NCBI GenBank assembly: GCA_050696795.1
Contig: JBOGYJ010000081.1
Location: 1 to 60,754, forward strand
Source: Solirubrobacteraceae bacterium
Lineage (GTDB): Bacteria; Actinomycetota; Thermoleophilia; Solirubrobacterales; Solirubrobacteraceae
Reading direction: 5' to 3'
Length of the DNA stretch: 60,754 bases
This document shows positions 55,868 through 60,754 of the stretch, one piece after another. The translations under genes were made by a program, and so were the position numbers. Each line of letters opens with the position of its first letter. The first letter of the stretch is position 1. Below the pieces are notes generated by a model. That model searched no databases. It was not told the origin of the DNA and worked only from the letters and a program-made list of their open reading frames with translations.

Positions 55868-57408
55868 CCACGAGACCCGGCAGCGAAGCGCTGACCCTCA
55901 GCCTCGCCTCGATACCGGGCGAGGCCGCTGTCAGATATCCGGAGAGAGTCGCGATCGTAGACCGCGAGCGCGCGTACACCTATGCCGACATCTGGCGGGA
56001 GATCTTGATTCGCGCCCGTGCGCTCAGGGACGAGCTCGGCGTCGAGCCCGGAAGTCACGTCGCGCTGATGGCCCCGAACGGGCTGAACTTCGTTGCCGAG
56101 TACTACGCGATCCTCGCCTGCGGCGGGGTGGTCGTGCCGATGGCGCCGATGCTCGTCAGCGATGAGGTCGAGGCGCAGCTGTGCGACAGCGAGGCGCACG
56201 CGATCATCGTTGAGCAAGACCATGCGCAGGTCGTACTGCCCGCGGCCGAGCGCGTGGGAGCTCGCCCGCGAGTCGTCGACCCCGACTTCGTGGCGGGCTC
56301 TACCGACGAGCCCGGGCTCGACGCCGCGGTGCCCCGCCATCCGCTTGACCCGGCCGTGCTCTTCTACACGAGCGGCACCACGGGCAAGCCCAAGGGCGCC
56401 GTCCTGACCCACCTCAACCTGGTGATGAACTGCTTCATCAACGCGTTCTTGGCCAACAGCCTGGGCACCGACGACGTCGTGCTCGGCTGCCTGCCGCTGT
56501 TCCACACGTACGGCCAAACGGTGACGATGAGCTCGAGCTTCCTGGCGCGTTCGAAGCTGGTCCTGCAGCGGCGCTTCGACGCGGTCGAAGCACTCGATCT
56601 GATGCGCCGCCACGGGGTCAACGTCTTCATCGGGGTGCCGACCATGTACATCGCCCTCCTGGAGGCCATCGGTGAGGACCCCCCCGTCCAGTTGCGGATG
56701 TGCATATCCGGTGGTGCCCCGTTGCCGGTCGCGGTGCTGGAGCGGTTCGAGCAGCGGTTCGGCTGCCCCATCCAGGAGGGCTACGGGCTGTCGGAGACCT
56801 CGCCGTCGGTGACCGTCAACCACACGGAGCTCGGCGTACGACCCGGCACGATCGGCCAGCCGCTGTGGGGCATCGAGGTGGAGATCGCCAGGGCCGATCT
56901 GGAAGACCGGATAGAGCTGTTGGATCCCGGGGAGCTGGGGGAGATCGTCATCCGCGGGCACAGTGTCTTCACCGGCTACTACCGCGAGCCGGAGGCGACC
57001 GCGGCCGCGATAGTCGACGGCTGGTTCCGCACCGGTGATCTCGGCGTCAAGGATCAAGATGGCTTTCGCTCGGTCGTCGATCGCAAGAAGGACATGATCA
57101 TTCGGGGCGGTTACAACGTCTACCCGCGCGAGGTCGAAGAGGTGGTGGCACGCCACCCCGCCGTGGCCGCCGTAGCAGTGGTCGGAGTGCCGGACGAGAA
57201 GCTTGGCGAGGAGGTTCTGGCGGCGGTCGTGCTGGACCCTCGGGCGCCGAGCACGACTGCCGAGGATCTCTCCGACTGGATGCATGACCGCATCGCCCAT
57301 CACAAGCGACCGCGGATCGTTCGCATCCTGGACGAGCTGCCGGTGGGGCCGTCGCGCAAGATCCTCAAGCGTGAGATCCGTGCCCGTTACCAGGAGGACC
57401 GGCTGTGA
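55864..57408 (+). CDS. Long-chain acyl-CoA synthetase / AMP-binding enzyme
   Basis: YTSGTTGKPKG, EGYGLSET, WFRTGD, DRKKDMIIRGGYNVYP. Confidence 0.93.
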   Translation: MTTRPGSEALTLSLASIPGEAAVRYPERVAIVDRERAYTYADIWREILIRARALRDELGVEPGSHVALMAPNGLNFVAEYYAILACGGVVVPMAPMLVSDEVEAQLCDSEAHAIIVEQDHAQVVLPAAERVGARPRVVDPDFVAGSTDEPGLDAAVPRHPLDPAVLFYTSGTTGKPKGAVLTHLNLVMNCFINAFLANSLGTDDVVLGCLPLFHTYGQTVTMSSSFLARSKLVLQRRFDAVEALDLMRRHGVNVFIGVPTMYIALLEAIGEDPPVQLRMCISGGAPLPVAVLERFEQRFGCPIQEGYGLSETSPSVTVNHTELGVRPGTIGQPLWGIEVEIARADLEDRIELLDPGELGEIVIRGHSVFTGYYREPEATAAAIVDGWFRTGDLGVKDQDGFRSVVDRKKDMIIRGGYNVYPREVEEVVARHPAVAAVAVVGVPDEKLGEEVLAAVVLDPRAPSTTAEDLSDWMHDRIAHHKRPRIVRILDELPVGPSRKILKREIRARYQEDRL

Positions 57409-57484
57409 TCACGCGGCTCGGCGTCGCGGCTGTCGGAGAGTCGTGGTTGGCGCCGCCCACCGCTCAAACGGCAGGAGTCAGCTG

Positions 57485-58333
57485 ATGGTCAGCCGCCCGG
57501 AGCTGCGAGGCGCCGGCGACTCCCCAGTCCTCAGTGTCAGTGGCATCACGGTCCACTTCGGTGGGATCACTGCGCTGGAGGACGTGTCGCTCGAGGTCTG
57601 GGACCGTGAGGTCCTCGGTCTGATCGGCCCAAACGGCGCCGGAAAGACGGCGCTGTTCAACGTCATCTGCGGATTCGTCGCGGCGGACGCGGGCACGATC
57701 AGCTGGCAGAGCAGGCCGGTGCGCCGCATGCGTCCCGCCGGCCTGGCGAAGCTGGGTATCGCCCGCACCCTGCAGGCCCTCGGCCTGTTCCCCCAGATGT
57801 CCTCGCTCGAGAACGTCATGCTCGGGGCCACCCGCTTCCGTCGCGCAAAGCTGCCGAGCGCGCTGCTCGGCCTGCCATCGTCAGACCGGGACGAGCGCGC
57901 GCTGCGTGATCGCGCATACGCGGCGATGGAGCGGACGGACTGTGCCCAGTTCGCGGACCGCCTGCCGGGAACGCTCCCCTACCCGATTCAGAAGCGAGTC
58001 GCCCTGGCCCGGGCGCTGGCGGCCGAACCGAAGTTGCTCCTGCTCGACGAGCCCGCCGGAGGGGTCGACGAGGCTGACATGTCAGCGCTCGCCGAGCTCA
58101 TAGATCAGCTCCGCGGTGAGATCTCGGTGATGCTGGTCGATCACCACATGGATCTCGTGACCTCCGTCTGCGACCGCATGATCGTGCTCGACTTCGGCCG
58201 CATCATCGCGAGCGGCGAGCCGGCGGATATTCAGGAGAACCCGGCTGTGCTCGAGGCGTATCTGGGCCGTGAGGCCGAGGCGGCGTCGGTCGAGACGACC
58301 GCGGCACTGGGGGCCATCGATGCTGAGGGTTGA
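57485..58333 (+). CDS. LIV-type ABC transporter ATP-binding subunit (LivG-like)
   Basis: GPNGAGKT, ARTLQ, LLLDEP, C-terminal NPAVLEAYLG. Confidence 0.9.
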   Translation: MVSRPELRGAGDSPVLSVSGITVHFGGITALEDVSLEVWDREVLGLIGPNGAGKTALFNVICGFVAADAGTISWQSRPVRRMRPAGLAKLGIARTLQALGLFPQMSSLENVMLGATRFRRAKLPSALLGLPSSDRDERALRDRAYAAMERTDCAQFADRLPGTLPYPIQKRVALARALAAEPKLLLLDEPAGGVDEADMSALAELIDQLRGEISVMLVDHHMDLVTSVCDRMIVLDFGRIIASGEPADIQENPAVLEAYLGREAEAASVETTAALGAIDAEG

Positions 58334-59018
58334 AGGGTTGAGCGCGAGCTACGGGGCGGTGCGGGCGCTGGATGCGGTTTCACTGACGGTCGAGTCCGGG
58401 GCGATCACCGCGGTGCTCGGCGCAAACGGCGCCGGCAAGACGACGCTGCTGCGGACGATCTCCGGGCTCGTGCGGGCACGCGCCGGCACGATCTCACTCG
58501 ACGGAGCGGACATAACGAGGATGTCCGTGGAGCAGATCGTGCGCAACGGGGTGGCGCACGTGCCCGAGGGCCAGGGCGTCATCACGGAGCTGACCGTGGA
58601 CGAGAACCTGCGCCTCGGAGGACTGCACCGCGGTCGCGAAGCGGCATCGTTGCAGGACATCTACGAGCTGTTTCCGCGTCTCGTCGAGCGCCGCGCCCAG
58701 CCCGCTTCGCGGCTCTCTGGCGGCGAGCGCCAGATGCTCGCGATCGGCCGGGCGATCATCGCCCGGCCGCGCGTGCTGCTGCTGGACGAGCCCTCACTCG
58801 GACTCGCTCCGCGAATCGTCGCGCAGATCATGGGCCTGGCGCGGTCCTTGGCGGACACTCTCGGACTCGCGGTCCTCTTGGTGGAGCAGAACGCGCGCGG
58901 GGCAATGTCCGTGGCTGACCGCGTTGTCGTCCTCAACCTCGGCCACGTCGTCGCCGACCAGCCGCCGGAGAGGCTCGCCGACGACGAGCGCCTGCGCCAC
59001 GCCTACCTCGGCTTCTGA
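58320..59018 (+). CDS. LIV-type ABC transporter ATP-binding subunit (LivF-like)
   Basis: GANGAGKTT, HVPEG, LSGGERQML, DEPSLGLAP, LVEQN. Confidence 0.92.
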   Translation: MLRVEGLSASYGAVRALDAVSLTVESGAITAVLGANGAGKTTLLRTISGLVRARAGTISLDGADITRMSVEQIVRNGVAHVPEGQGVITELTVDENLRLGGLHRGREAASLQDIYELFPRLVERRAQPASRLSGGERQMLAIGRAIIARPRVLLLDEPSLGLAPRIVAQIMGLARSLADTLGLAVLLVEQNARGAMSVADRVVVLNLGHVVADQPPERLADDERLRHAYLGF

Positions 59019-59034
59019 CCCTCGGAAACACGGG

Positions 59035-59913
59035 ATGACCAACTTCATCGACTACACGCTGAACGGGATCTCGACCGGAGCCATCTACGCCGCCGTGGCG
59101 CTCGCGCTCGTGCTGATCTGGCGGGCGACCCGGATCATCAACTTCGCTCAGGGGGCGATGCTGATGATCACCACCTACATCGCCGCGGCGGTGATCGACT
59201 CGACCGGCTCCTACGTCATCGGCTTCATCGTCGCGCTCGCCGCGGGCCTCGTCTTCGGGGCGTTGGTCGAGCGGGTGATCATCCGGCCGATTGAGAACGC
59301 CCCGCCGCTCAACGCGGTGATCGTCACGCTCGGGTTGTACCTGGTGCTGGTCGGGGTCGCGGGGATGATCTGGAGCGCGACGCCGCGCTCGTTCCCCAAC
59401 GCCTTCTCGATCCGCGGCTATGACATCGGCGGCACGCGGGTGCTGTTCGCGCCCGATGACACATTCATCGTCCTGGTCGTGGTCGCCAGCGCGCTCGGGC
59501 TCACGGTGTTGTTCCGCCGGACCTCGCTCGGGCTGCAGATGCGCGCCGCGGCGTTCAGGCCCGAGGTGGCCCGGCTCGTCGGGGTCCGCGTCAGCCGACT
59601 GTTCACCCTCGGCTGGGCGCTGGCCGCGCTGTGCGGTGCGATCGCCGGCGTGCTCGTGGCCCCCTCGGTCTTCATCGCGCCGAACAGCTTCGACCCGATC
59701 CTGATCAGCGGCTTTGTCGCCGCCGTGCTCGGCGGCCTTGACAGCCCGCCCGGAGCGGTGGTCGGCGGACTAGTGCTCGGCCTCGTGCTCTCCTACGTCG
59801 CCGGGTACGAGGGCTCGGCCCTCGTACCGCTCGCGGCGCTGGTCGTACTCGTCCTGGTCCTCATGATCCGACCGACCGGGCTCTTCTCGGCATCCGCGGA
59901 GCGGCGCGTATGA
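59035..59913 (+). CDS. LIV-type ABC permease (LivH-like)
   Basis: NGI.TGAIYA, IINFAQG, GLQMRA, AAVLGG. Confidence 0.9.
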   Translation: MTNFIDYTLNGISTGAIYAAVALALVLIWRATRIINFAQGAMLMITTYIAAAVIDSTGSYVIGFIVALAAGLVFGALVERVIIRPIENAPPLNAVIVTLGLYLVLVGVAGMIWSATPRSFPNAFSIRGYDIGGTRVLFAPDDTFIVLVVVASALGLTVLFRRTSLGLQMRAAAFRPEVARLVGVRVSRLFTLGWALAALCGAIAGVLVAPSVFIAPNSFDPILISGFVAAVLGGLDSPPGAVVGGLVLGLVLSYVAGYEGSALVPLAALVVLVLVLMIRPTGLFSASAERRV

Positions 59914-60754
59914 CCGCCGTCCGCACACGGCACGCTCACGGAGAAGTGCGCATGGCCAGCCTGCGCAACAGCACTCTCGCCCGGTCGCTCGCCCTCGTCG
60001 TGATCGCCGGACTGGTCATCGCCCTGGTCAGCTACCACCTCTCAAGCTACGACAATCTCGAGCTCAGCTACGGCGGCTATTACTTCGTGGTGCTGGCCGG
60101 CCTCACCGTCCTGATCGGCCTCAGCGGTCAGGTTTCGCTCGGACATGGAGCCCTGATGGCCGTCGGGGCGTACACCACGACGCTACTCGTCGCGAACGAG
60201 GGCTGGGCGGAGCTGCCCGCGATCCTCGCCGCCGTCGTCGCCACCGCTGTGATCGGCTTACCCGTCGGAGTGGCGGCGAGCCGGCTGCGCGGTCCCTACC
60301 TGGCCGGAGCGACGCTTGCCTTCGCGGTCGGCCTGCCCGCCCTGGCCGAACAGTTCCCCGCCCTGTTCGGTGGCGCGAACGGCCTGGTGATCAACCCGCC
60401 AGCGCTGCCGGGCTTCCTCGGGCCCAACTTCTCGCCCGAGCAGTGGCAGGCGTGGATCGCCTGCTTCGGCGGGCTCGTGGTGCTGTTTTTGCTCTTCAAT
60501 CTCAAGCGCAGCGGGATCGGGCGTTCGATGCGCGCGGTCCGGGACGACGAGATCGCTGCCGCGCTGTGTGGGATGCCAGTGGCGCGCACGAAGACCGTCG
60601 CGTTCGTGGTCAGCGCCGCGTGCGCCGGGCTTGGCGGGGGCATCTTCGCCCTGGTCGTGCAGCTGGCCGCGCCGGGCGCCTTTGAGTTTCAGCTCTCGCT
60701 CGACCTGCTGGCCGGCGTCGTGGTCGGCGGCCTCGGCTCGCTGGCGGGAGCGGT
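59910..60754 (+). CDS. LIV-type ABC permease (LivM-like), truncated by window end
   Basis: ATGA overlap with livH stop; GLSGQVSLGHGALMAVGAY, RLRGPYLA.ATL, GRSMRAVRDDEIAA, VVVGG.GSL. Confidence 0.88.
   Translation, partial: MTAVRTRHAHGEVRMASLRNSTLARSLALVVIAGLVIALVSYHLSSYDNLELSYGGYYFVVLAGLTVLIGLSGQVSLGHGALMAVGAYTTTLLVANEGWAELPAILAAVVATAVIGLPVGVAASRLRGPYLAGATLAFAVGLPALAEQFPALFGGANGLVINPPALPGFLGPNFSPEQWQAWIACFGGLVVLFLLFNLKRSGIGRSMRAVRDDEIAAALCGMPVARTKTVAFVVSAACAGLGGGIFALVVQLAAPGAFEFQLSLDLLAGVVVGGLGSLAGA

Overview
High-GC (roughly 70% by eye) actinobacterial chromosomal segment. Gene content and protein style suggest Thermoleophilia/Solirubrobacterales (Conexibacter-like); this is an inference, not a database result. 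In order the window holds: dsbA-vkor; a polyphosphate cluster (half glycosyltransferase-ppx-sixA-ppk1); htrA; acetoacetate-CoA ligase; a CutRS-like two-component pair; a fadE24/fadE23-type acyl-CoA dehydrogenase pair; assorted enzymes; an orphan AbiEi-DUF559 nuclease gene; an ABC transporter, GH15 and GT90; a fabH-carboxyltransferase-acyl reductase-GAF kinase-NarL regulator cluster; recC-recB-recD; and a TetR-associated catabolic/LIV-type ABC cluster that runs off the right end. I saw no rRNA, tRNA, CRISPR array or transposase. The most unusual signals are non-coding or very small: (1) a ~160-bp full-length imperfect hairpin with 19-bp terminal inverted repeats and TTA(G) direct flanks just upstream of recC, with a solo copy of its end 14 kb away; (2) a 50-aa repeat mini-ORF overlapping both the fadE24 stop and the fadE23 start; (3) related minisatellite arrays flanking fadE23 in inverted orientation; (4) a 28-bp alternating array fused to the end of the AbiEi-DUF559 gene; (5) heavily deleted gene remnants (P450, isochorismatase). 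Product calls rest on motif recognition only.
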